A DNA stretch of 63,550 nucleotides, the filler included, from Stramenopiles sp. TOSAG23-3 (Eukaryota), in the NCBI GenBank assembly GCA_900128585.1. It is 52 parts of 52 records of this genome, joined end to end, with 100 filler letters (N's around TTAATTAATTAA, not from the genome) between each part and the next. Parts side by side here need not be neighbours in the genome. Positions count along the whole stretch, not along the records: positions 46,652 to 47,768 come from LT646455.1; positions 47,869 to 48,985 come from LT646456.1; positions 49,086 to 50,201 come from LT646457.1; positions 50,302 to 51,416 come from LT646458.1; positions 51,517 to 52,631 come from LT646459.1; positions 52,732 to 53,846 come from LT646460.1; positions 53,947 to 55,061 come from LT646461.1; positions 55,162 to 56,275 come from LT646462.1; 44 more parts are not named here. One strand, given 5' to 3'. Position numbers and translations under genes: made by a program. Position 1 is the stretch's first letter; the number at the start of each line of letters is the position of its first letter. Shown here in pieces: positions 46,652-58,288 of the stretch. The notes beneath the pieces are model-generated. The model worked only from the letters and a program-made list of their open reading frames with translations. It was not told where the DNA came from and did not search any database.

Positions 46652-47126
46652 CTACCAGGGTATGCTTTGTTGCGGTCTCGTGGACACCTTTGGGTTCCGT
46701 CAAATGATTTAAGACTATGTCACATTCCTCTTCTGAGATTGTTCTAGAATCACTCATGATGGAATCATTGAACCCGTTGGGGTTTAGGCGCTCCTGACTG
46801 AGCGCAGCAAGCGTCGCGATGGGCGCGATACTTTCTCTGATTTGTTCCAGGTGTGCCACGCCATTAGAGGGGGCAGAGATTTCATTTCGAAAAATTGGCA
46901 TTTTTTCGAGAATTTTTCTCAACTTGTTTTTATTTTTCGTCTTCATAGATATCGAAAAGTCTTTCTGAAGACCTTTTGCAAGTTCGTTGAGGAAAATTTC
47001 ACCACCGAACCCTCCTGGGGTCCCAGCATTTTTCCGGTGCTTTTTGGAGGTAAGATGCGAGCTTTTGTTACCTAGTTGCATGGTTTTCTTGCATACATGG
47101 CACGTCCAGGTCTTGTTGTTGTCCAT
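46652..47126 (-). CDS. Orphan protein with N-terminal U1/matrin-type C2H2 zinc finger
   Basis: WTCHVCKKTMQLGNKSSHLTSKKH. Confidence 0.75.
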
Positions 47127-47868
47127 TTTATTATATAAAGTGTTATTGATATAGATGTTTGTTTTTATCTTCCTTTAAAATTTTGTTTTTTGAAAATTAG
47201 AACCAGTTGCAAATTGTGTGAAGAAATCGCGCACGAGAGGTGGGGGTTGGATGCTTGTCGGTTGCGTATCAACTTCGTGCGGCGTTGTTAACATAGACTA
47301 TATAGTTAGACTTCTTTTTAAAATGATGAAGAAGAACAACCAAAGTGACACAACAAGGAGAAGGGAATATAGACTAAACAGCAAAGGATTAAACGACAAC
47401 AATAGTCGTCAGCGAACTTGACGATAATGCTGTGATCATATTATAAAACTTGGTCATTATATATATTTCCATTTTATGGAAATATATATCAATGCTGTGT
47501 TAGTATTATATCGAGTCATTTTTATTTATTCTCGCCGCGAGTCTCGTTCAATATGGAAACAGTCACACAGCATTGAGATTATTTTCCATTTTATGGAAAA
47601 ATAATAAATATTATTATGATATAAACAAAATTGAAAATGGGTTCGTTACTAATATTAATAATGCTGTGTTGTTGTTTTCATCTTCTTTTTTTTTTTTTAA
47701 TAAATAAAAAATAAAATAATATTTTTCTTCTGTCTGAGAGGTGTAATATATAATCTCACACAACAACANNNNNNNNNNNNNNNNNNNNNNNNNNNNNNNN
47801 NNNNNNNNNNNNTTAATTAATTAANNNNNNNNNNNNNNNNNNNNNNNNNNNNNNNNNNNNNNNNNNNN

Positions 47869-48985
47869 TCAGAGCCAGTTCTTCCCTTTCTTTTTGCTCA
47901 CGTACTTTCCTTTGTAGTTCAGCCTGCAGCTCGAAGGCCCTATGCAGCGCATTCAAGGCATATATTTGATTCGTATCCCATATTTTGTTTTTCTCCGCAA
48001 TTTTTTGCAACCGGTGTCTGTATAACTCTTTGCTTTGATTCACAAACCCTGGAAGAGTGAGCCCACGTCGACGCACGACCCGTTCTATCACGGAATGTTG
48101 ATCAACGGCAACTTTCCCACAGTACAATAGATCAATGTCCAAAGAATCTATCCTTCGCAATATTTTGACCGCACCTTCAAAGTAGGTCTGGGCTTTTCCA
48201 TCACCGCCAGGAAAAGAGGTGTCTCTGCACCCTCGCTTTACAATGAGGCATATTCTCCAACGACGTTGTGGGCATGACACGTACTGCGCGAGCTTGTTGT
48301 ACACCTCACGGAAGGAAAACTGCTTTGCCATGACAACGGCAACATAATTCAGCGCAGATTGTGTGAGGTACTGGTCCGGCGTGCACAGCACCTCGTTGAT
48401 CGTTGCGAGCCCTTCTTCGGTTTGAAGATCTTCCCGTGTTTCCAATGGCTTTCGTAGACAAAAATGCTTGCGCATAAAATTCCATGGCTGCAATTCTTCG
48501 TTAACCCGGCGAACCAAGTGTGTACCTATCTCATGTGCCGCCAAGCGGGCAAACCCCTCACGGGTCCGTTCCAAATGTTTACTGACGAACAAATAATGTT
48601 TGCTGGCATCCAAGTTTTCCTCCTCAAAATAAGCGTGCTTGGCTTTAAAACGGGCGTAGCTTACGGAGCGGCAATTGACAAAAGTGGCACTGTTCGGTAA
48701 ACTGGCCCATTTTACGCAGCAAAAACTATCCATCTTGGTGTCGGCCAGGTATTGGTTCAAAAATATGTCTGCTTCTTCCAGAGAGAGGAGTGCGGTCCCA
48801 ACCTGAGATTCCAGCGTTTGGAGCACACGACCTGTGCCGTATTGCGCGCTGGCGACGTCCAATATCCTTGTTGCCTCTGCCAACAAACCATCGTCTTGAT
48901 GGTGAATTTCATTTGCCAAGAGTTGCTCGCGCGCACTTTGCCCCACGTCATACTGAAATTGCGGGTTGTACGTGGTGGATTCAAA
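47869..48985 (-). CDS. MATCAP/KIAA0895-like (DUF1704) gluzincin carboxypeptidase fragment
   Basis: AHEIGTHLVRRVNE..QPW, TEEGLA, FSFREVY, VKRG..DTS.PGG..K.Q.YFEGA, LYCGKV. Confidence 0.9.
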
Positions 48986-49235
48986 NNNNNNNNNNNNNNN
49001 NNNNNNNNNNNNNNNNNNNNNNNNNNNNNTTAATTAATTAANNNNNNNNNNNNNNNNNNNNNNNNNNNNNNNNNNNNNNNNNNNNTATATAGAAAGAATA
49101 CTTCGTTTTAAATAACGAAAGTCAACAGTAAAAATTACCGAAAAAAATTACCTGGACACGTCACCCCGTGTTCGATCATAGATTTCCTGAAAGTCCACTA
49201 ATATTCTATAAGAACAAAGGAACGAGGTCGTCACG

Positions 49236-50201
49236 ATGGCACGAAAAGCACTGTTTATGCAGCAACATGGAAAGGCCGCCCCGACATTTGCAGATTTTGT
49301 ATCCGCCCCGATTGATGTTCAATATGAGAGGCGGAAGAGCAAGCGGCGAGCTGTTAACAAGCTTTTAATGCCAAAAGGATCAACCCAGATGGGGTACGCT
49401 AGCGCTGCGCTCCGTGCGTACCAAGAAAAAATATACAGATTTGGTAGAAATACATCCGGGGACCCGGGGAGCATCGACGGGTCAAATGGAAATATGGATG
49501 GGTCCGTTGCTGAAAATATGATACAGATCCCTCAACGAATTGGCACTGGTGCCTCTGCACGCCCATGGAACGTTCCACCAACCCCATTTAGCCTGATGCC
49601 AATTGGAAGCCGTGGCGGGCTGCTTAGCCGGTCATTTTCTACCCCGTCAATACTCCCTGGTGGTGAGTTGGACCGGGAAACAAGACGGAGGAAGCGAAGG
49701 CAAAAGCTACGAAAGTTGCAGCACGTTCCCGCGACACCTCAAGGATGGAGAGGGGACAAACGGCTCAACCCTGATGATACGCCGTCAATAGAGCAGGACA
49801 TGATGCGGATTCTAACATCTGACGAATTATTACAGTCCTATGAAAATGAGGATAAAGATTTTGCGTCCCTGGCTTTGTACGGTGAAATAAAATTAAGGGA
49901 AGCATTCGCCGGCACGCGTGGTATGGGCATTCCGAACGTGCAGCGCACTGCAATCTGTTGCCATTTATTGTTCAAATTAAATACCCAGTTTGGGCGATAC
50001 AAGGACATGCACATGATAATATTGATAGAACTCATGCGAAGTTTATACCTGCATTATGACAAGTTGCTTGAAAAGCACGAAAAGCGCTCCAAGGACCCTT
50101 GGACAGTTGCCTCAATCTTGGAGTCGACTCCCTTTTTTGAATTAATCGATGGACTACAAGCGGAAGTTCGAAAACTTCGTCGGAGTTTGAACAAATTAGA
50201 G
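49236..50201 (+). CDS. Hypothetical protein, possibly TSNAXIP1-N-like helical domain
   Basis: EIKLREA...PNVQRTAICCHLL...FGRYK...ELMRSLY followed by coiled coil. Confidence 0.55.
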
Positions 50202-50833
50202 NNNNNNNNNNNNNNNNNNNNNNNNNNNNNNNNNNNNNNNNNNNNTTAATTAATTAANNNNNNNNNNNNNNNNNNNNNNNNNNNNNNNNNNNNNNNNNNN
50301 NTCATTCTTCATTCCATTCATTCATTCATTCATTCATTTTTTATTAATTATATTAAAGAAAATAGAATTAAAAAAGTGAGAAAGTATTCTTAGTTTATAT
50401 ATATACAGATAGCATATATAATTATTATAAATATATATTTCCTTAATTGTTTGTAGGTGGTTTCATTTATTATTTCTATTTTGAGTGAATTAATTTTATT
50501 ATATATAGTAAAACCGTTTTTTATATTTTTAATTAAATTAATTTTTATTACAGAAGGTATGAATGAATGAGAGAGAATCGTTTTATAAAAAAAAGAAGAA
50601 AGAAAAAAAAAGCAAGAAGTGTTGATCCTTGCATTTCTCTACCTTTTTTCTAGGGTTTTACGAGAGCATTGAAAAAGGTTTCGTTACATTTAGAAGGGGC
50701 AGTTTACAGTAGTGTTTTGTGCCCTCCCCTTTCTCGATTTGCGTTATTTCGGTGTTTTCTTAACTAGGGCGGTGTATGTTTCAGAGGCCCTGGGGTATTT
50801 TCTCTATAAACATTTAGGTAGAAGGTTTGAAAG

Positions 50834-51416
50834 ATGGAAATTCCCCATTTGCAGTTCGGGGCCCACAGGTTGGAGGGAGCAACGACCGGGTTTTTGTCGC
50901 CACGTGGGAAGCGAAACCTTCGCTCCATGTTCTCTTTGCTGGACGTTTCGAACCGTGGAATATTGAGCAAAGCCTCCATCCTTCGAGCGATACACAATGA
51001 CCACAGGGTAATCGAACTGCTTCACTCTTCTGCGTCCCTGAGGCCGCTTTTGACGCCGAAGAATTACGCGGAACAGTTCCAGAAAATGAACACGAGCAAT
51101 ACTGGGCTGGTGTCGACGAGCGAGTTTGCCGATTTTGTCGGCACGTTGGACAGACAGGACGGGTATGGCTTGGACGATTCGGCGACGATCGAAAACGCCG
51201 ACGACCCAACAATGCGTGTGATTTTTGACCGGTTAGACTTGAACCATGACGGGGACGTCTCCAAGCGTGAAATCCTGAAAGCCCTCCGTACGGACGACGA
51301 GCTTGTTGAAATACTGAGTAACCACCGCAAACTGTCGATATTGTTGAAACCAAAGCATTGGGAGGAAGCGTTCAACAACATGGACACGTCCCAGGACGGG
51401 TTTGTCAATTTTATCG
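50834..51416 (+). CDS. Repeated EF-hand-pair protein, N-terminal part
   Basis: FDRLDLNHDGDVSKREI, FNNMDTSQDGFVNF, MNTSNTGLVSTSEF. Confidence 0.9.
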
Positions 51417-51829
51417 NNNNNNNNNNNNNNNNNNNNNNNNNNNNNNNNNNNNNNNNNNNNTTAATTAATTAANNNNNNNNNNNNNNNNNNNNNNNNNNNN
51501 NNNNNNNNNNNNNNNNAATAATAATAATTTAAAATAAAAAAATGTGATTATTATTTTAGTCTTCTCTATTGTCGATGTGAAGGCGGCGCGTTCTTCATCA
51601 AAGTGTTCAACGAATTAATCAACAAGAAAAAAACTGGTATAATATTACTAGTCGTCTATACATATATTATATGACATTATAATATTAGGGTTAGAGTTAG
51701 CAATATCATACATTAACATTTAGTGCTGTGTCATTCTTCTTTTTTTTTTCTTCTTCGCTATCTCTCTTTTTTTTATTATTTGTACATTGATGTTTGTTGT
51801 ATAAATATCGAGACGTAAAAATTAGTCGT

Positions 51830-52631
51830 CTAACATTTAAACCAGCGCCAGTTGGCTCCTATACCAAAGCATACAAAGCCAGGGCACTGGGAGTTGTAGG
51901 TGACCCTATCGTCTTTGCCTCTCTTGCGGAATGTATTGCTCTTCCCTTCTCTGTCCCAAGCATCGTTGTACGGGAGACAAAAAGGCAAGCAGACGCCAGA
52001 GTGCCAAACGACGTTGTCGCCTTCCGCGTGTTTGTGTTCACAGACCGCAAACCCGGGCAAACAAAAACACCCCCAACAGCCATTTATATCTTGGGCTGCC
52101 ACGAAGTTGGGGGGAAGGTCTGGATTGCGAGACGTTGTTTGGTATTTTGATGCGCCGTTGTCGTTGTAGACGTTGTTTGGGATTTTGGTGCCCCCACACC
52201 AGCGCCAGGAGGCTCCTGGACCGAAGCATACAAAGTTAGGGCTGCTGGGGTTGTAGGTGAGCCTATCATTGGCGCCTCTCTTGCGGAATGTATTGCTCTG
52301 CCCTTCTCTGTCCCAAACATCGCTGTACGGGAGACAAAAAGGCAAGCAGACGCCAGTGTGCCGAAGAGTGTTGTAACCTTCTGCACTTTTGTACTCACAA
52401 CCCCCAAACCCGGGCCAGCAAGCACAACTCCAACAGCCACTAAGATGTTGGGCGGACAAGATTTCTGCCTCACCACCCTTTTCAGCACCCGGCATGGAAT
52501 TTGACAGTACCCCGCCTGGGCTGTATATGTAAATTTCATTCGTGTACCCCCTTGAGGGCTTGCAGTGTTGTGGCGTGAGCTGGTAGTCAAATTTCTTCAA
52601 CGCTGCATGCCCAAAACTGCCCACACACACC
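51830..52631 (-). CDS. Protein of tandem 119-aa Cys/Trp-rich repeats, unrecognised family
   Basis: 357-bp periodicity; GCWxCxCxPGF..CE...GVCLPFCLPY.D.WDREG.SNTFRKRG..DR.TYN. Confidence 0.85.
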
Positions 52632-52731
52632 NNNNNNNNNNNNNNNNNNNNNNNNNNNNNNNNNNNNNNNNNNNNTTAATTAATTAANNNNNNNNNNNNN
52701 NNNNNNNNNNNNNNNNNNNNNNNNNNNNNNN

Positions 52732-53846
52732 AGAAGCACTTGCCAAATCAACGTCCCCATCGCCGTCAATATCAGCCGCAAACACACTATAGGCACCATA
52801 TGCACTCGTTGATACGATCTGCTGGGGTCCGAAAGTCCCTTTGTCAGATTCAAGGCATTTAGCGGGGCAAGAGATACAAGTTTCGCCCGTGTCCCTGAAT
52901 TTCCCCGTCGGACAAGATGCACAGCGCGATGCACCCAGAAATCCGTACCTACCAGTGGTGCAATTGTTTGGACACGCAATGGCCTCATTCACGGCACCTT
53001 GCATGTTTCCATACTTTCCGGCAGGGCACAACTGTCGCGACAGTGGATTGGGGCAGAAGCTACCCGCTGCACACAAAGGGCAATGGGACATACCCGGACG
53101 CGTAGCAATTGTTCCGGTATCGCAGTCCGAGCAAGCACTTAATTCTGCCTGCCCCGTTCGGTTCCCATATTTTCCAGGGGGGCAAGGCGATAAGAATCCT
53201 CCAAGGCAATACGATCCTAATGGGCATTTATTACAATTATTCGATCCTGAGAAGGAGTAGTCTCCAACAGGGCAGTCCGAGCAAGCACTTGATGCCGTCT
53301 GCCCCGCTCGGTTCCCAAATTTTCCAGCAGGGCACGGACTCGCTTCACCCCCTGTCCCCATACAATAATATCCCGAAGGGCAGGTCGAGGAAGTATATGG
53401 GCACGCCAAGGCTTCATTTGTATGGACGTTCCACAAAGTTCCAAACTTTCCCCCCGTACATGACGTGCAATTAGAAAGAAGAAAAGAACCTGGTGGACAG
53501 GGCACCGTAAAAACCTCCTGCACTTCCTTCCTTCCATCCGAACCCGAAGGCCCGCTCCATTCCGGAAAGTAGACCGTCCCATCCGCTCCCACAACCTTCA
53601 ACGTTGCGCCGTTCCAACTGTCGCCGAAGGTATCCCGTCCTTTCACCGTGACGTTACCTGCTTGTAGGCATACATTCTTTGTCTCTCCTCCCTGGCCAGC
53701 CTCAACTACTGTTCCTTGCTGCAAGATTTCCCACCTAACTTCTGAAGCATAGGAACCCGAGGTACACTCAACAGTGACGGACACTTGGCCGTCCGGGCAG
53801 GCCCATGCAGCGGTGAAGGCAAAGGCAAAGGCAGCACTCCAGAGAA
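52732..53846 (-). CDS. Secreted Cys-rich protein with GCC2/GCC3 (ephrin-receptor-like) repeats and an FG-GAP repeat
   Basis: CPAGKFG, CPVGDYS, CPLGSYC repeats; AADIDGDGDVDLASAS; D.FGDSWNG N-terminal domain. Confidence 0.88.
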
Positions 53847-53946
53847 NNNNNNNNNNNNNNNNNNNNNNNNNNNNNNNNNNNNNNNNNNNNTTAATTAATT
53901 AANNNNNNNNNNNNNNNNNNNNNNNNNNNNNNNNNNNNNNNNNNNN

Positions 53947-54828
53947 CCTCGTGTAGCACGCCTTCATCAACAAGAGGAGCATGAAAATAAGCTCCGTTTG
54001 GTGGCAAAAAATCATGCTGCAGATCAGCGTCTTCAAGCATTCTGGCCCGAGGATGTCCCTTGGAAGACGTTTTCTTCCTCTAAACTAAAGGAAGGAAAAG
54101 AAAAGGCATCAATTGGCAAAAAGTATGTGTCTAGAATAACTGGAAAACGATTTTTGCAGAAGAAGGGATTGATCTCGCATTTGCGATTTCAAGAACGTTA
54201 CCGGTCAAAACTCGAGGATATACCAGACGACCCGAATATCCAAGTGGCTGGAGAAGCCGTTCATGTCCCCCCAGGAACGATTCCATCCCGGTCTCCAATT
54301 GAGCGATGCTCAAAGCACTTTGTAAAATTACCAGGAAAGTGCGCAAGGTGCGCAGAGATTGCGCAAATTCTTCAGCCATCTTTGCCATGCGCATTTTACC
54401 AGCATGTGAAGATAAAGTGGCGCCTAACTATGGTACCCTTTAAAGTTCAAAATTATGGTCGTTTGCCAATGGTAAAAACAGAACTGGGACAATGTACTCC
54501 AATTTGCATAGTAGCCATTGCGAAAGATAAGCTGAAAAACACATGGTTAGCATACTCTCGATTCTGGAAATCTCGAAATTTAAAACGAGTTAATTACAAG
54601 ATTCGATCAGACTTTTGGCCAAAATATGAATTAATGGAAGAAAAGGAAGTTCGTTGGATGCGTGTGACGGAAGTGACGGGCACTTGTTTCGTGTTAGCTA
54701 TGTCTAGAAATGAGTTCCAGAGACAAAAGCAAAACAAAGAACTCCCTAAAGCAAAGAATGTGTATTTCTGCAAGGAAGTATTTTCGAGCAGAAAGGCCAT
54801 AGAGGATGGAGAGCAGAAAGCAGAGTGA
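53947..54828 (+). CDS. C-terminal fragment with probable BAH domain and degenerate C2H2 finger
   Basis: IVAIAKD...WLAYSRFW...ELME...VTEVTGTCFVL...VYFCKEVF; GKRFLQKKGLISHL. Confidence 0.6.
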   Translation, partial: PRVARLHQQEEHENKLRLVAKNHAADQRLQAFWPEDVPWKTFSSSKLKEGKEKASIGKKYVSRITGKRFLQKKGLISHLRFQERYRSKLEDIPDDPNIQVAGEAVHVPPGTIPSRSPIERCSKHFVKLPGKCARCAEIAQILQPSLPCAFYQHVKIKWRLTMVPFKVQNYGRLPMVKTELGQCTPICIVAIAKDKLKNTWLAYSRFWKSRNLKRVNYKIRSDFWPKYELMEEKEVRWMRVTEVTGTCFVLAMSRNEFQRQKQNKELPKAKNVYFCKEVFSSRKAIEDGEQKAE

Positions 54829-56064
54829 AATACTCAGCTTAAAATAAAATACAAATCTAGAGTTCAGTTCGCAGTACATTAATTGTAAATTACTTAAATA
54901 ACAGCCAATTTTCTTGTTTTGATAATAACAGCCAATTTAGCAGCCATTATTTTTGCTATTTAAATACGAAAATATTATATAATAGAGAAATGAGACTTCT
55001 CTATTCTACATTTGAATCGATTACACGGAAGATACATAGATGAGGAAAAACCTTGAAGTCANNNNNNNNNNNNNNNNNNNNNNNNNNNNNNNNNNNNNNN
55101 NNNNNTTAATTAATTAANNNNNNNNNNNNNNNNNNNNNNNNNNNNNNNNNNNNNNNNNNNNTGGGGCGCTGGCTCGGGCTCGGGTTCCCATCCGTGGACC
55201 TGGCAGCCATCTGCGCGGGGGTCCCTTCTTCATCTTCTTCTCTTGTTGTTGTTGTTATGCAAATAATAATCTAAAGAGAGAACAAGGGCGATCACGGGAA
55301 GTAAAATAAAAGAAGAAGAACATGAACACAGGCTTAATAAAATAAATGGAAGCTTAGTTTTTTTAATAAGGCAATATCATCTAGCCATTGCATCGAAAAA
55401 AGAAAAGGTAGCATCGAATTTTATTAATGGTGCTATGGCTATGTTAGATTTTAATTTTTTTTAATCTTTCTTCTAAAAAAAAAAAGAAAAAAAAAATGAA
55501 AAAAGAAGAGATTATTATTAGTCTATTATATAGGAATATGAATGTACCATAAAGCCATAAAGTATCGAGAGAAAAAATTAATTCATCGAATTGTAAAAGG
55601 AATGCTGTGTCCTGTTTGAGAAAGAAGTTTTGTAGATGAAAAGAGACTTCACACGAATAACATTACACATAGGATTGTAAACGTACTTGTAACTTATTAG
55701 TATAGTATCCTGCGAAAATGAAAAACCCAAAATCATCGAAAATGAAAAAAACTGCATCGAAATGTTAAAGTAATGCTGTGGCCTTGTAGAGAAACAAGTT
55801 TTTTTGGAAAAGAAAAAAAAAAAAAAAGAAAAAAGAAAAAAAACTACATACCACCCCCCCGCCCCCGCAGTAAAATAATAATGTAAGCAGTTTTTACACC
55901 AAAAAAATGGAGGAGAAAGGAACGGGGAAAACAATCCTAGACAGAAACAATTATTATCCATTGCTGAAACAAAAGCAGTGACAAGAAAACAGAGAGGGAA
56001 AAGAACAACAGGAACACACAGCACACACAGGTGAAAATACAAATAGGCACACGTGAGGTCAAGA

Positions 56065-56275
56065 ATGTCCAGTTTTGTAGCAGAAAGTGGCGGAGCAGAC
56101 ACTCCGTTTACGGTCATTCTGAGCCTTGAACGTGACGATGGTGTCTATAAACAAGTACAAGCTATCCCAAATCCCCCGGTTTTTATTGATACTGAGAAGT
56201 CCCTCGTACAAGTACCATCCGCATCTCAATCTAATAAAGCTCACACTGTTGCAATAAAATGCCTGCAATCCTCAG
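56065..56275 (+). CDS. Hypothetical protein N-terminus
   Basis: ATG after AT-rich region; open to contig edge. Confidence 0.5.
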
Positions 56276-56496
56276 NNNNNNNNNNNNNNNNNNNNNNNNN
56301 NNNNNNNNNNNNNNNNNNNTTAATTAATTAANNNNNNNNNNNNNNNNNNNNNNNNNNNNNNNNNNNNNNNNNNNNGTGGAAGAGGCGATGGCGGAAGCAC
56401 CGAAGAAGTCGGCGTCAAAGTAGGGGCGGGGCGGTAACGTACTTCCAGCAGTTGAATGAACACTAAACGTTTTAAAATATAAAGTTGAAAACGACG

Positions 56497-57489
56497 CTAC
56501 TCTCTCTCTTCTGGTCGCGCGCAGGCTCGTATCAAGTGATTCTTCTCCGAGAGCATGTGCTGCATCCGAATATGCTCAAACGCGCAGTCTTCTAACCCCG
56601 TCGTTGCGCCCGCCGCGTCGCCGTGCTTTCGCTTCTTCCCCCCAGACCCACCCAAACTCAGCAGCAAATTTACCCAGTACTCCATCGTGTCATCAAACCC
56701 CTGCTTCCTTGCCTCGTTCACAAGATCGTAATCTTGGCACCGTTTCGGAAAACAGCAAGGCACCAAAAACACGCCGACGGTCTGGCAGCTTTCGCCTGTT
56801 GCGTTCCGGGGGGCGGCCTCCAGTAGCCCATGGAACGTCTCCATGACTATCCTCGAGAGGATTCCGCACAGGTGGGTGCCAAACAACAGAATCTTCGTCT
56901 TCCCTGACTTCTGAAACTTTTCGCCCAGGTACGTTGCCAACGAAAAGGTGTACGACGCTTTCATGTTTTTCAGAAAATGACCGGACCGTATGTCCAAAAG
57001 TTCGAACGACACGTTCTCTATTGACGCGAAGTGGCCCATTTTTATTTTTTTGTTTTTATCAAGCAACAAAATCTCCGCCTTTGGCAACAAGTGGGACGCC
57101 AAAAGCCCAAAAAATCCCTTACCACAGCAAATGTCGACAATAAAGTACCCCTCCCCACCGCTTTTAAAAATACCGTCGTCGTGCGTGGCTGCTAACCAGT
57201 CCAATTGTGCGCACTGGGACGAGGCCTCGGTCATTTCCTTCTTCAGCTTCGCGTGCGAACTGATGGACTTGAAACTAGGGTCATCGAGCAACTTCTTAAT
57301 AAGTTCACCCTGCCCAATCCATTGCTGGAGCCCCGGGGTCTTCGCTTTCGCCCGCGCCTCGTTCTCTAAGATAAAGTGAATGCTCCGCCGTTTCACTTTC
57401 TGTACACCGCCACCGTTGCCCACTATCGCCTGGGCTCGACCCACCCCGCCGCCTTGCTTCGCTTTGTTGGTCGTACCCCCGGCGGAGGA
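56497..57489 (-). CDS. SAM-dependent methyltransferase (Methyltransf_32/TRM13-like)
   Basis: IVDICCGKGFFG motif I; GTHLCGILS; VPCC. Confidence 0.85.
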   Translation of the reverse strand, partial: SSAGGTTNKAKQGGGVGRAQAIVGNGGGVQKVKRRSIHFILENEARAKAKTPGLQQWIGQGELIKKLLDDPSFKSISSHAKLKKEMTEASSQCAQLDWLAATHDDGIFKSGGEGYFIVDICCGKGFFGLLASHLLPKAEILLLDKNKKIKMGHFASIENVSFELLDIRSGHFLKNMKASYTFSLATYLGEKFQKSGKTKILLFGTHLCGILSRIVMETFHGLLEAAPRNATGESCQTVGVFLVPCCFPKRCQDYDLVNEARKQGFDDTMEYWVNLLLSLGGSGGKKRKHGDAAGATTGLEDCAFEHIRMQHMLSEKNHLIRACARPEERE

Positions 57490-57589
57490 NNNNNNNNNNN
57501 NNNNNNNNNNNNNNNNNNNNNNNNNNNNNNNNNTTAATTAATTAANNNNNNNNNNNNNNNNNNNNNNNNNNNNNNNNNNNNNNNNNNNN

Positions 57590-58288
57590 CTTTCGTTGGC
57601 GCCCGGGCACTCCCTAGAATACTGGAAAAAGCTTAGCAACCGGTACGCAAAATCCTTGGAAAAAGAAGAAAAGGAAAAGTCCCTGGACTATTTTATTGCG
57701 TGCGGAAACATTGACAAGGCCGAAGAATTGTTGATCGCCCGGAGGGACTGGTACAACACTGTGCTGTTGGCTGAGTCCGCCCGGAGCGGTGCGATTGGGA
57801 GGTCCATACGCAACCAGTCGCGCAAGTCTCGGGCAGAATCACTAGGCGACGAAGACGGCGAGAGGGCAGCCTCAGGTCGCCTAAAGAAGGTTATCGGCCC
57901 GTTGGCCGAGTATTACGTTCTCAGAAAAGAGCCGCTGATGGCTGCTGGCTGCCACCTGGCGGTTCACAACATCACGGCCGCCATTGAAACATTCGTTGAC
58001 TTTGGCGACGAGCAGGCTTTCCCCGCGTTTGTTCTTGCGACTATTTTCAAGGATAGCCTGGAGTTAGACTGCGACGAAATTTTCTTCAACTTTGCCAAGA
58101 AACTGAGGGACGCGGGACAGAGGGAACTGGGTGTAACGATCATTGAGCAGTTCGTCAAGCGTTCGTCGCTCTTTTTGAATAAGCTAGATACCTCTTCGTC
58201 GGAAGAAACTAAGTTTCAAGATCCTGACCAGGGCGTGGACGAAGAGAAGTTTAATGGTGAGCGTATGGAAGGGAAGAGCAAAAAGTGA
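57590..58288 (+). CDS. WDR17: WDR17-like protein C-terminal helical region
   Basis: LAPGHSLEYWKKL...YFIACG...LAEYY...MAAGCHLAV resembles the WDR17 C-terminus. Confidence 0.7.
   Translation, partial: LSLAPGHSLEYWKKLSNRYAKSLEKEEKEKSLDYFIACGNIDKAEELLIARRDWYNTVLLAESARSGAIGRSIRNQSRKSRAESLGDEDGERAASGRLKKVIGPLAEYYVLRKEPLMAAGCHLAVHNITAAIETFVDFGDEQAFPAFVLATIFKDSLELDCDEIFFNFAKKLRDAGQRELGVTIIEQFVKRSSLFLNKLDTSSSEETKFQDPDQGVDEEKFNGERMEGKSKK

Noticed and set aside
44964-51700. TTAGGGTTAG telomere-like seeds (4128, 44964, 51685)
   Set aside because: At most two units each; too short to call telomeric arrays, though telo-box function is not excluded
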